Position numbers and translations under genes: made by a program
In this document: positions 1-8,913 of the stretch, piece by piece
Numbering within the stretch: position 1 is the stretch's first letter
Layout: every line of letters starts with the position of its first letter
IMG/VR virus record: IMGVR_UViG_3300045391_004370
Coordinates: 5,461 to 69,460 of that record
Length of the DNA stretch: 64,000 nucleotides
Strand: one strand, 5' to 3'
Origin: a virus
Taxonomy: Duplodnaviria; Caudoviricetes
Notes under the pieces: model-generated
The model's input: the letters and a program-made list of their open reading frames with translations, nothing else
Told to the model about the DNA's origin: nothing
Databases searched by the model: none

Positions 1-1
1 C

Positions 2-376
2 CCCAAGGGTCCAGGGATGGGAGAGGAATTCAATCCCGAAGTATTCCTCACCTTCTTGAACAAGACCGATGCAGTCTGTCACATGTCGCATGTAACCCTG
101 AAGATGGTCATATTCGATCAGCGTGACATCGAGTTCGCGAAGGAAGTCGTCCGCATCACCGACAACTGCTACACGAACTATCTGTCGCTCGGGAATCCTC
201 TACCACCTCCTGCCACTTCCGACGGCACGAGGGAATACCTGAAGGACTTCGAAGTCGACCTCCTGAAGCGGATGAAGGTACTCTGGGAAGACATCCAGAA
301 CGAGCCTGAACTCCGCGACGCGATCTTCCTTCCGCAATTGCACGTTCTCCTCTGGGGCAACGAGCAGGGACGTTAA
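2..376 (+). CDS. queE: 7-carboxy-7-deazaguanine synthase QueE, C-terminal part (5' truncated by the window)
   Basis: Frame is open from base 2 (PKGPGM...). C-terminus LPQLHVLLWGNEQGR is typical of QueE. Lies directly upstream of folE. Confidence 0.75.
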   Translation, partial: PKGPGMGEEFNPEVFLTFLNKTDAVCHMSHVTLKMVIFDQRDIEFAKEVVRITDNCYTNYLSLGNPLPPPATSDGTREYLKDFEVDLLKRMKVLWEDIQNEPELRDAIFLPQLHVLLWGNEQGR

Positions 377-402
377 CATCCACACAAAAAGGTAATAATA
401 AC

Positions 403-1038
403 ATGAGACTGTTCAACTTCGGTGCATCTGACGAGGAGATCGAGGAGGCTGCAGAAAGCCATATCGATCCGAGGGTGCCTGACACGATGAAGCCCTACGC
501 CGACAATATCGAAGAGATCCTGCTGGCTTTCGGCTGGGATATGACGAACCCATCGGTCGAGAACACACCGATGCGCTTCCTGAAGTATCTGGCGGAGTTC
601 CATCGGCCTTATACGGTAGCGGATGTATTGGGTGAACCTTTTATGAGCCCTGACAGCTCGATGGTAATCCAAGACAACATCCCTTTCCGGATGGTCTGCG
701 AACACCACTTGCTACCGGCTTTCGGTAAGGCTGCTCTAGGGTATATCCCCGATGGCAAAGTGGTGGGTTTGAGCAAGATGGCTCGACTCGTGGATGCTGT
801 CGGTACCTTCAAGCCCAGCCTGCAAGAGCACATCGCCGATCGCATCGTCAACGACTTCAATAACTACCTGGAGCCTAAAGGCGTGATGTTGGTTATCGAA
901 GCCGAACACGGTTGCATGGCGTGCCGTGGTGTGAACAAGCCGCGTGTCTTTACGCGTACCAGTACGACCAAAGGCGTGTTCTTCGACAACCATGCGGCAC
1001 GCAACGAATTCCTTTCCATCGCCAAGTTCGGGGGCTAA
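403..1038 (+). CDS. folE: GTP cyclohydrolase I
   Basis: Motifs ENTPMR, CEHHLLPAFG, VVGLSKMAR, LQE, AEHGCMACRG. Confidence 0.95.
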   Translation: MRLFNFGASDEEIEEAAESHIDPRVPDTMKPYADNIEEILLAFGWDMTNPSVENTPMRFLKYLAEFHRPYTVADVLGEPFMSPDSSMVIQDNIPFRMVCEHHLLPAFGKAALGYIPDGKVVGLSKMARLVDAVGTFKPSLQEHIADRIVNDFNNYLEPKGVMLVIEAEHGCMACRGVNKPRVFTRTSTTKGVFFDNHAARNEFLSIAKFGG

Positions 1039-1039
1039 C

Positions 1040-1837
1040 GTGGTAGTACGATTTGCCAATCATGCGCAAACCAATCCGACGAGATGCTTCGCGCCAGTGG
1101 GGCCCGTTAGCGTCCTGAGAGGGTTACACGGTAGAGGGGTGAGTTCCTTCTACAATCTCGTCCTGTCGCACAACATCCTGGAGAAGCCGGAAGAATTCCA
1201 GTCTCTCGTGAGCGACGTCATGTGGGGTACCTGGTTCGTCGACAACTCCGTCATCGAGCTGGGGAAGCCTCTACCACCGGAAGACATCGCACGCGCAGTC
1301 ATCACGTTGAAGAACGCCGGAGGTAAAGCGAACCGTGAAGTGGTTGCAATCCTTCCGGATGAGCTTCTTGATGGACCTAAGACGGTTGCTGCGGCAGCAG
1401 ATGCAATCATCAAGTTCCGTCGTCGCGACATTGACAATCTGATGTATGTACCGCAGGGGAAAACCTGGGACGAGATCATCCGTAGCGCGGAAGCCTTTCA
1501 GGGGGTTAAGGAAATCAAATGGATCGGAGTGGCGAAGAACTTCGTCTCCGTGTTGGGCTCACGCCAGCAGATCACAGTCGCTTTACAGTCTATCTTCCCG
1601 AACTGCCGGTTTCACATGCTGGGTTGGTCAAGGAATATCTTAGACGATGTTACTTCCACCCTGTTGCCTGGCGTCGAGGGGATCGATTCGTCGATGCCTT
1701 TGAGGCTCTCTACACCTATTTCCTGGACTTCTACCTTCCCAAAGCGCAATGACTGGTGGAAGGAAGGGATGGAATGCACTGATCTGATGGCCAACAACGT
1801 CAAGCAGGTAATGAAGTGGCTGGGGCAGAACGTTTAA
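1040..1837 (+). CDS. TGT-fold protein, probable DpdA-like DNA-guanine transglycosylase
   Basis: GTG start 1 nt after the folE stop. TGT-like motifs occur in order: VDNS, LPDE, VPQG, HMLG, GIDSSMP. Context is queE/folE. Confidence 0.65.
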   Translation: MVVRFANHAQTNPTRCFAPVGPVSVLRGLHGRGVSSFYNLVLSHNILEKPEEFQSLVSDVMWGTWFVDNSVIELGKPLPPEDIARAVITLKNAGGKANREVVAILPDELLDGPKTVAAAADAIIKFRRRDIDNLMYVPQGKTWDEIIRSAEAFQGVKEIKWIGVAKNFVSVLGSRQQITVALQSIFPNCRFHMLGWSRNILDDVTSTLLPGVEGIDSSMPLRLSTPISWTSTFPKRNDWWKEGMECTDLMANNVKQVMKWLGQNV

Positions 1838-4296
1838 AGCCGGCGCAGTTCATCCCTAACAGTTTACGCCCCCGTCTGTGTGAAGGATGCCCGAATCGTA
1901 CTCGGACAGTATGCGATAAGGGTCCTATCGATAGCCCCTTCGTCATCGTCGGAGAGTCTCCCGGTAACAATGAAATCGGCCAGGGACTCCCCTTCGTTGG
2001 TGAATCGGGGCGTATCATGCAGCAGGTGCTCAAGAGCGGCATCGAACCTTACTACACGAACGCTTTCATCTGTCTACCACGTGGTAAGGACAAGAACCAA
2101 CAAACCGTGGCGCAGGCTGCTCAATGCTGTCACAACCGACTTATTGAAACTATCAAAGCACATCCAAGGAAGGTGATTTTAGCACTAGGGAACGCGGCTG
2201 TATGGTCGCTCACGGGGGACTATGACTCAAAGATATCGAACGTCCGCGGACACATCATCCCCTCCCCTCTGGCTGAAAATGGTATTGTCGCTTGTCTGCA
2301 TCCTGCTGCTCTTCTTCGGGGGTTTGGTAGTACTCGCCTGTTTAAGCGTGACATTGAGCTTGCGCGTGATCTGGTTAATGGTGATTCGCCCTATCGTTAC
2401 AAGGACACCACCTGCATAGAGATGGAGACTGAGGGTGACATCCGAGACCTCATCGATATGGCATCAAGCCCCGATGTCCAGTACATTGCGGCCGATCTTG
2501 AAACTACAGGATTCAGCCCACGGCAGGATCATATCCTTAGCCATGGATTCTGCTTTGAGCCCACCAAAGCCTACATTGTACCCCCTCATCTGTCACATCT
2601 TGTCGGGCCTATGTACAACCCTTCCGTTGTCTCCGCCAGATACGTTTGGCACAATGGAAAGTTTGACGTCGGAATGTTGCGGGGTGCTTTTGACAAAGAG
2701 CATGTTGATGGAGGATATCGCACCCTGGAGCCGTTTATCCGCCATAGAGTGGCGACGCGCGGTCAAAGGTGGGGATATCAATTTGCTCATGTCCATGAAG
2801 ATACTATGCTTCTTTCCTACACAGTCGACGAGACTGGAGGAATTCATGGTCTCGAAGTACTTGCAAACGATCTGATCGGCGCACCCCATTGGAAAGGGGT
2901 TATCGAACAATACCTCCCAAAGAAGGGCGCTAGTTATGCCAACGTCCCTCCGGAAGTTTTATACCTCTATCAGGCAAAGGATCTGGGCGTTACTTTCCAG
3001 ATATTCCCTATCCTCCGATCGATGGTGGCTTCTGACGCTAAGCTTGAGCGTTTGTACACTGAGCATCTTATACCGTCTTCTGAAACGCTGGCATGGATAG
3101 AGTCTAACGGCGTTTGCGCTGACCAAGAAGTGATGGCACGCAATGACGTGAGCATCAAGCAGGACATCGAGAAGTACTTGAAGGTGTTCCAGGATCGTTC
3201 GGAAGAAGTTGTCGGCTTCCGTTGCAACCCTAATTCCTGGCAGCAGGTGCAGAAGTTCTTTTACAAGGGCGGATTGGATATCGCCGGCAACGGTAAAGTT
3301 TTGGCAACGGATGCAAAGACGCTGCAAGCGTTCCCCGAGGTGCCTGAAGTCAAGATGTTGCAGGACTGTCGCGAGACGATCAAGCTCTATGGCCAATATG
3401 TCGAAGGGATGCGCAATGCAATCGAACCAGACGGAAGAATCCACACGAATTATCTCCTCCACGGTACAACTACTGGACGACTTGCAAGCCGTAATCCTAA
3501 CCTTCAGAACATTGTGCGTGACAATCGAATCAAAGATCAATTCCGAGCAGCCGACGGGAAGTGGCTACTATCTAACGACCTCTCGCAGGCAGAACTCCGT
3601 GTGCTGGCTTGCCTCTCAGGTGATAAAGTACTGTGCGAGATCTTTAACTCGGGCATCAGTATCCACCCAATTGTCGCTAAGCGATTCTACGGCGCTAGTT
3701 ATACGGAAGATCAATACCAGCTCGCCAAAGCAGTCACCTTCGGAATAGTGTACGGTCGAGATGCATTCTCCATTGCACTGGAATACCAGATCACTGTGAA
3801 GGAGGCACAAGCGTACATCGATTCGTGGTTTGGACAGTTTCCTGATGCAAAGAAATTCATCCAGGCGTGTCGCGTTGCTCCGCTTAGCGGAAAGATACTG
3901 CAGACACCTTGGGGACGTAAAAGGCGTTTCGGGATAGTAGGACAGGAGAGAATACATGATGTAGGCAATCAGGCTGCAAACTTCCCAGAGCAGTCGATGG
4001 CAAGTGATATCACCCTTGAGACGGCGAATATCATTACCCCCACCTTAAAGAAGTGGGGTGTGAAGATCGTCAATCTCGTGCATGACGACATCATCAAAGA
4101 GATCCCGCAGAGGGAAGATCTTGTCATGGACACCATCGCATTGTGCCACAAGCATTTCAAGGAAGTTCCAATAAGAAGGGGTTTAACGAAAGTTCCCTTC
4201 GAAGCGGAATGGAAAATTGGAACACACTGGGGAAGCCTGAAAAAGAAAAAAGAATTGCCTATTGATTTCTTCACAAAAGTGCAGTATAATCAATAA
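1816..4296 (+). CDS. polA: Family A DNA polymerase with N-terminal uracil-DNA glycosylase family-4-like (4Fe-4S) domain and 3'-5' exonuclease
   Basis: UDG4: CEGCP, VGESPGNNE, GLPFVGESG, TNAFIC, HPAALL. Exonuclease: ADLETTG, HNGKFD, YQAKD. Polymerase: TGRLASRNPNLQNI, DLSQAELR, AKAVTFGIVYG, VHDD. Confidence 0.95.
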   Translation: MAGAERLKPAQFIPNSLRPRLCEGCPNRTRTVCDKGPIDSPFVIVGESPGNNEIGQGLPFVGESGRIMQQVLKSGIEPYYTNAFICLPRGKDKNQQTVAQAAQCCHNRLIETIKAHPRKVILALGNAAVWSLTGDYDSKISNVRGHIIPSPLAENGIVACLHPAALLRGFGSTRLFKRDIELARDLVNGDSPYRYKDTTCIEMETEGDIRDLIDMASSPDVQYIAADLETTGFSPRQDHILSHGFCFEPTKAYIVPPHLSHLVGPMYNPSVVSARYVWHNGKFDVGMLRGAFDKEHVDGGYRTLEPFIRHRVATRGQRWGYQFAHVHEDTMLLSYTVDETGGIHGLEVLANDLIGAPHWKGVIEQYLPKKGASYANVPPEVLYLYQAKDLGVTFQIFPILRSMVASDAKLERLYTEHLIPSSETLAWIESNGVCADQEVMARNDVSIKQDIEKYLKVFQDRSEEVVGFRCNPNSWQQVQKFFYKGGLDIAGNGKVLATDAKTLQAFPEVPEVKMLQDCRETIKLYGQYVEGMRNAIEPDGRIHTNYLLHGTTTGRLASRNPNLQNIVRDNRIKDQFRAADGKWLLSNDLSQAELRVLACLSGDKVLCEIFNSGISIHPIVAKRFYGASYTEDQYQLAKAVTFGIVYGRDAFSIALEYQITVKEAQAYIDSWFGQFPDAKKFIQACRVAPLSGKILQTPWGRKRRFGIVGQERIHDVGNQAANFPEQSMASDITLETANIITPTLKKWGVKIVNLVHDDIIKEIPQREDLVMDTIALCHKHFKEVPIRRGLTKVPFEAEWKIGTHWGSLKKKKELPIDFFTKVQYNQ

Positions 4297-4311
4297 TCGG
4301 CTGGAGATCAC

Positions 4312-4575
4312 ATGAAACAGACCAAAACGACTCTACAACAAGAAACGGAAGCGTACTGGCTCATTAGCAGCCAGTGGAATGGTCGAGTTGATAAGGGCGT
4401 AAAGACACAAGACGGGCTGAGAAGAGTGGCAGTGAGCCTTTCACGGATAGGCCCAAAGCGTCTATTGCACAAGCATCTCGATGCACTCCAAGCGGACATT
4501 ATCAACCCGCAGAAGAGCAAGAAACCCAAACACGTGGCACCCCCGCTGCCACTCAAGAAGGCAGAGGCGCAGTAA
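4312..4575 (+). CDS. hypothetical protein (basic)
   Basis: ORF with GGAG RBS between polA and the RNR gene. Confidence 0.6.
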   Translation: MKQTKTTLQQETEAYWLISSQWNGRVDKGVKTQDGLRRVAVSLSRIGPKRLLHKHLDALQADIINPQKSKKPKHVAPPLPLKKAEAQ

Positions 4576-4576
4576 C

Positions 4577-7018
4577 ATGTCAAAGAAGCAACTCATCAGC
4601 GAGATGCTGGATCCGTTACACCAGAGCTTTGACCTGTTCAACGACCCTTTTGTCAAGAGCGTCTACGAACAGCGTTACAAAATGCCTGTAGACGCGGACA
4701 TCCACAACACTATCGTGCGTGCTGTCACCGGTGTCATGAAGCATTCAAGCCTTAGTGAACGTGCAGCTGTATTTAACGCGATTACATCGGGTGTCTTCAT
4801 TCCTGCAGGACGCATCCTTGCAAGCGCAGGCCTGGATACGAAAAGCACATTGCAGAACTGCTATGTGTCCTGCAAGATCGAAGACTCGATCGAAGGTATC
4901 ATGCGTGCGTACTCAGAGTCGATGACGACACTTGGTCGCTTTGGTGGCATCGGGATCGACTTCACACCCATCCGTCCGAAAGGTGCAAAAGTCGGCCAAC
5001 AGAACCTGGAATCGCCAGGCGTCATCGAGTGGATGCGTATGTGGCATGAAGGCGCCAATCACATTATGCAGAGCGGTCATCGCCGCGGTGCAATGATGGG
5101 TACTCTCAGCGATCATCATCCCGACATCCTGGATTTTGTCAAGGCAAAACAGACGCAAGGTGAACTGACTAACTTCAACGTGTCAGTTCTTGTCTCCGAC
5201 AAGTTCATGAAGGCGGTGGCTGACGGCGCTATGTGGACGCTTTGGCACGATAAGCCGCGAAGTCCTCTTCACGAGAAGACAGACATCCGTGATTGCACGG
5301 GTGCTGTGTACGTCTATGATCAGATACCTGCACGCGAGCTCTGGGAGTTGATCACGCGGAGCACGTATAAGTACTCCGAGCCGGGTGTCATCTTCATTGA
5401 CGCGATCAACCGGAATAACAACCTCTGGTACGTGGAAGACATTCGTTGCACCAATCCTTGTGGTGAACAACCTCTGCCTCCGTATGGTGCATGCAACCTA
5501 GGCCATATCAATCTGGCGCGTCTCGTCAATAACCCCTTCGGGTTGGCAAAGGATAAGCGACCCGCAGTGAACTATCCTGCGTTGAGGCACGCTGTCGAGC
5601 TAGCAGTTGACTTCCTGGATCGTGTTATTGACGTGAGCGAATTTCCCCTACCCGAACAGCGCACAGAGCAAATTAACAAGCGTCGCATTGGTCTCGGTAT
5701 CACCGGACTTGCAGACATGCTGATCCAGTTGGAACTGAAGTACGGTTCACTGGAAGCGAATGCCCTCGTGAAAGACGTGATGCGGGAGATCGCCTGCACT
5801 GCATACAATAAGTCAGCGGAGCTGGGTCGAATCCGCGGTAGCTTCCCTCTATATGAGAAGCGCTACGCCGAACGCGGCTTCGCGACCAAGATGAAGAAGT
5901 TCGTCTTCCCTTGGGATCATATGCGTAACTCCCTTTTGCTGACAGTTGCACCCACTGGCACGACATCGATCGTCTTCGGGAATGTGTCATCAGGGATCGA
6001 ACCGAACTTTGCCTGGAGGATGAAGCGCAAGGTATGGACGGGAGTTGGCGAGCACAAGGAGGAAGTCTGTGAGTCCTTTATCACCCGCTTCTGGCAGCAT
6101 TGCGTTGGCGGACCCAGCAACGAACTGGAAGGGTTCTCCTATGCAGTCACCGCTCATGACGTCACTGTTGACGAGCATCTCCATACCCAGGCAGCCGTAC
6201 AACAATGGATCGATGCATCTGTCACCAAGACTGTCAACTGTCCTCAAGGAATGCCATACGAGGAGTTTGTCGAGGTCTACCTTAAGGCATACAACCTCGG
6301 ATGCAAGGGATGTACCACTTATGTCGAATCCGATATTCGTGGAAGCGTTATCCAAAACGCTGACCAACCTTCTGCAGAGGCATCTTCTGTGGGTGGCAGT
6401 GGGGCTAGCGACACATCGGTACATAGCGCAGAGTTTCTCATCCTGGACACGGATCAGCAAGGATCCGACGTTCGAGTAGGCGTCAGTCATGCAGGCAAGC
6501 GACCTGAGCAGTTAGCGGGGTCCACCATCAAGATGAAGTGGCCTCACTTCAAGGACAACGTCTATCTCACCGTCAATTACAAGGACAACGCCCCATATGA
6601 GGTATTCATTGCCTCGATGGATCTGCGCAACATCGAATGGCTAGTGACAACCTGCCTGATGATATCGCGTTCCCTGCGGCGTGGTGACAACCCACAAGAA
6701 GTGGTGGACCTCCTGAAGAACATCCAGGGGGCATCGGAAGGATGCTTTATTGGTCAGAAGTACTATACTTCCTTCGTTCAATACCTCGGGGATGTTCTGG
6801 AACAAGACTTCAAGAAGGAACGCCATAAGCCTGTCACACCATACTGGTCGCCAATGCTTTCACCTACAGGTAGGGTGACTCAGGACACGCATATTATCAA
6901 GTCAGTGGATCGCAAGGTCGAAAACTATGCGGGTACGTGCCCCGACTGTCTCGCGCCGCTGACCTTCTCAGAGGGATGCAAAAAGTGCACATCCTGCGGC
7001 TACAACAAGTGCGGGTAA
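4577..7018 (+). CDS. nrdJ: Class II (B12-dependent) ribonucleotide reductase with C-terminal TSCPD-like and zinc-ribbon domains
   Basis: IPAGRIL, NCYV, GGIGIDF, RRGAMMG, TNPCGEQPL, RRIGLGITG, VAPTGT, SSGIEP, KGCTTY, terminal CPDC...CKKCTSCGYNKC. ATG at 4577 is preferred over the upstream start in the ORF track. Confidence 0.93.
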   Translation: MSKKQLISEMLDPLHQSFDLFNDPFVKSVYEQRYKMPVDADIHNTIVRAVTGVMKHSSLSERAAVFNAITSGVFIPAGRILASAGLDTKSTLQNCYVSCKIEDSIEGIMRAYSESMTTLGRFGGIGIDFTPIRPKGAKVGQQNLESPGVIEWMRMWHEGANHIMQSGHRRGAMMGTLSDHHPDILDFVKAKQTQGELTNFNVSVLVSDKFMKAVADGAMWTLWHDKPRSPLHEKTDIRDCTGAVYVYDQIPARELWELITRSTYKYSEPGVIFIDAINRNNNLWYVEDIRCTNPCGEQPLPPYGACNLGHINLARLVNNPFGLAKDKRPAVNYPALRHAVELAVDFLDRVIDVSEFPLPEQRTEQINKRRIGLGITGLADMLIQLELKYGSLEANALVKDVMREIACTAYNKSAELGRIRGSFPLYEKRYAERGFATKMKKFVFPWDHMRNSLLLTVAPTGTTSIVFGNVSSGIEPNFAWRMKRKVWTGVGEHKEEVCESFITRFWQHCVGGPSNELEGFSYAVTAHDVTVDEHLHTQAAVQQWIDASVTKTVNCPQGMPYEEFVEVYLKAYNLGCKGCTTYVESDIRGSVIQNADQPSAEASSVGGSGASDTSVHSAEFLILDTDQQGSDVRVGVSHAGKRPEQLAGSTIKMKWPHFKDNVYLTVNYKDNAPYEVFIASMDLRNIEWLVTTCLMISRSLRRGDNPQEVVDLLKNIQGASEGCFIGQKYYTSFVQYLGDVLEQDFKKERHKPVTPYWSPMLSPTGRVTQDTHIIKSVDRKVENYAGTCPDCLAPLTFSEGCKKCTSCGYNKCG

Positions 7019-7024
7019 ACGTGC

Positions 7025-7213
7025 ATGTTCGAGCCAAGAATCAACCTGATACCGTTTTCCCAGTGTCGTAGCTGCGACCTACATCAAGTAGTAAACTTTG
7101 GAAGCAATCCCGATTTGACATGGGAAAACACAACTCCGGGAGTACCTGATAGTCTAGCGTTTGACGTGGATCAGCGGTACGCAGCCATCTTACTGAGGGA
7201 GCGGGGGTATTGA
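7025..7213 (+). CDS. hypothetical protein
   Basis: 62-aa ORF in a tightly packed operon. Confidence 0.5.
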   Translation: MFEPRINLIPFSQCRSCDLHQVVNFGSNPDLTWENTTPGVPDSLAFDVDQRYAAILLRERGY

Positions 7214-7389
7214 TACAGGGAGAGATAGAAGAAGAGCGTTCCATTTGCCTCCTATGCAATAAAGAGGTAGTGAGCCGATGGATTAAAGGTGGTGGAGGCA
7301 TGTTGCATGACAATACTCTTGCACTTGTCGGCGATACCATCTTCCACGGCGATTGCTGGGATAAGTTAGTAGCGGAGAACCCTCCGTGA
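7210..7389 (+). CDS. hypothetical small protein, CxxC...HxxC putative zinc binder (not in ORF track)
   Basis: TTG start overlaps the previous stop. MIQGEIEEERSICLLC...IFHGDCWDKLVAENPP. Stop overlaps the next start. Confidence 0.55.
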   Translation: MIQGEIEEERSICLLCNKEVVSRWIKGGGGMLHDNTLALVGDTIFHGDCWDKLVAENPP

Positions 7390-7595
7390 GGCGTAAAAGC
7401 GGTGTAGTAAAGCCAAAGCTCAAGCTGTACGAGAACGGCATCTTCGTCGTGGAAGTCGATAGCGTCGCACAGGCTAAGCGGATCATTGAAGGTTGTGACC
7501 TATCTATGGCAACTGTCGATTGTGACCCGCAAGAGTACCAAGTGAGGCAAGGCAGTAAAGTCATTTACTCTAGACCAAGGATACGCATACCATGA
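7386..7595 (+). CDS. hypothetical protein
   Basis: GTGA and ATGA overlaps with both neighbours. Confidence 0.55.
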   Translation: MRRKSGVVKPKLKLYENGIFVVEVDSVAQAKRIIEGCDLSMATVDCDPQEYQVRQGSKVIYSRPRIRIP

Positions 7596-8176
7596 AGATC
7601 GCGTTTACAGGAGCGGGTGGTACTGGGAAGACTACCCTAGCAAAGGCATTATCGCCGTTGGTGAACCTCCCATATATGCAGAGCCCCTCACGTCAATGTT
7701 TCGTGCGTCACGGTGCGACAACCGAAGATGCGCAGAACGCGATGACGGCACAGCAACGGTTTGCCTTGCAGATGGACATCTTCGCCGCTATCGACCAGCA
7801 AGTGTTCGAGACCGATGAAGGTATCTTTGACCGCACGCATCTGGACAATCTGTTCTATGCGATCTGGCAATGCCGCGAGTTGGTCACGAACGATCACTAC
7901 ATGAAGATGTACGTTCGCATGATGGAAGGACTCAATACCTTCGACGTTATCTTCTTTGCACCTATCTACGACTGGGGCGATAATACCGACGATGGGATGC
8001 GTACGCAACATTTACCATCCAGGCATCTGATGGACTCCTACATCCATCGGCAGTTGAATCATCGCGCTGGTGCGTACGCACAGGGTTACGTCACACTGCG
8101 GAACGAGCCCGTTGAAGACCGCCTGCGCAAGATCTTGAACCGCGTCGAGTACTACCGTGAGGTGAACAGTGACTGA
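7592..8176 (+). CDS. P-loop nucleotide kinase/ATPase (AAA_28 or dNMP-kinase-like)
   Basis: KIAFTGAGGTGKTT Walker A; IFDRTHLD motif. Confidence 0.75.
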   Translation: MKIAFTGAGGTGKTTLAKALSPLVNLPYMQSPSRQCFVRHGATTEDAQNAMTAQQRFALQMDIFAAIDQQVFETDEGIFDRTHLDNLFYAIWQCRELVTNDHYMKMYVRMMEGLNTFDVIFFAPIYDWGDNTDDGMRTQHLPSRHLMDSYIHRQLNHRAGAYAQGYVTLRNEPVEDRLRKILNRVEYYREVNSD

Positions 8177-8858
8177 TACCATTGAATGCCTTGACTGTGG
8201 ATATGTGAAGCTTATCGAGCCTTATGGCTCTGACGAGCGGATCATCGAAGCTGCACGGATGTCGTTCGGCGGTGGCTTTCGTGGATGGGACAAAGAGGAG
8301 AAACTCCTCGCCCACCTCTGGAACAACAAGCACACAACGCCATTCGAGATGGCAGGCATGATCGTGGAAGTGAAGGCTCCGATCTTCATCTTCCGTGAAT
8401 GGCATCGTCACCGGACGCAATCCTACAACGAGATGTCGGGTCGCTATGTTCCGTTGCCCAACGAGAACTATCTGCCGACAGTCGATCGTCTTATGCGGCA
8501 CAGCACAACTAACAAGCAGGCAGGTAAAGCCTCTGACGTTGAATTGACTAGCGACGCAGCATTTGCGTGGCTACAGGAACTCGCTGAGGCATATGACATA
8601 TGTGAGCGCATTTACCAAGCTGGGTTGCAGATCGGTGTGCCAAAGGAACTCGCGCGACTCATCGTGCCGGTGGGTCGTTACTCTGCCATGCGGGCGAATT
8701 CCAACCTCTTAAATTGGTTGCGCTTCACTACCCTGCGCTCGGATACCCGTGACGAGAAGGCAATGGAAGAGATGCGCGTCTACGGTAATGCGATGCGTAC
8801 GCTCCTCTATGCGCACTTCCCGCGTACACTGCAGCTCTGGGAGAACAATCCGTTCTGA
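8169..8858 (+). CDS. thyX: Flavin-dependent thymidylate synthase
   Basis: IIEAARMS, HTTPFE, REWHRHRTQSYNEMSGRY, KELAR, RS...A..EMR. Confidence 0.95.
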   Translation: MTDTIECLDCGYVKLIEPYGSDERIIEAARMSFGGGFRGWDKEEKLLAHLWNNKHTTPFEMAGMIVEVKAPIFIFREWHRHRTQSYNEMSGRYVPLPNENYLPTVDRLMRHSTTNKQAGKASDVELTSDAAFAWLQELAEAYDICERIYQAGLQIGVPKELARLIVPVGRYSAMRANSNLLNWLRFTTLRSDTRDEKAMEEMRVYGNAMRTLLYAHFPRTLQLWENNPF

Positions 8859-8913
8859 GAAGCGGAGCGTCAGTACACCGTTACCATACCAGTCTATCTG
8901 CATGGAGGATTAC

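Noticed and set aside
1816-2420. UDG domain as evidence of a uracil- or hmU-substituted genome
   Set aside because: An intact thyX is present and no dUMP hydroxymethylase was recognised in the window.
6350-6500. Low-complexity Ser/Gly/Asp stretch in NrdJ as a possible intein
   Set aside because: About 45 aa, with no Cys/Ser1 plus His-Asn ends and no endonuclease motifs. It sits where class II RNRs have a linker before the TSCPD domain.
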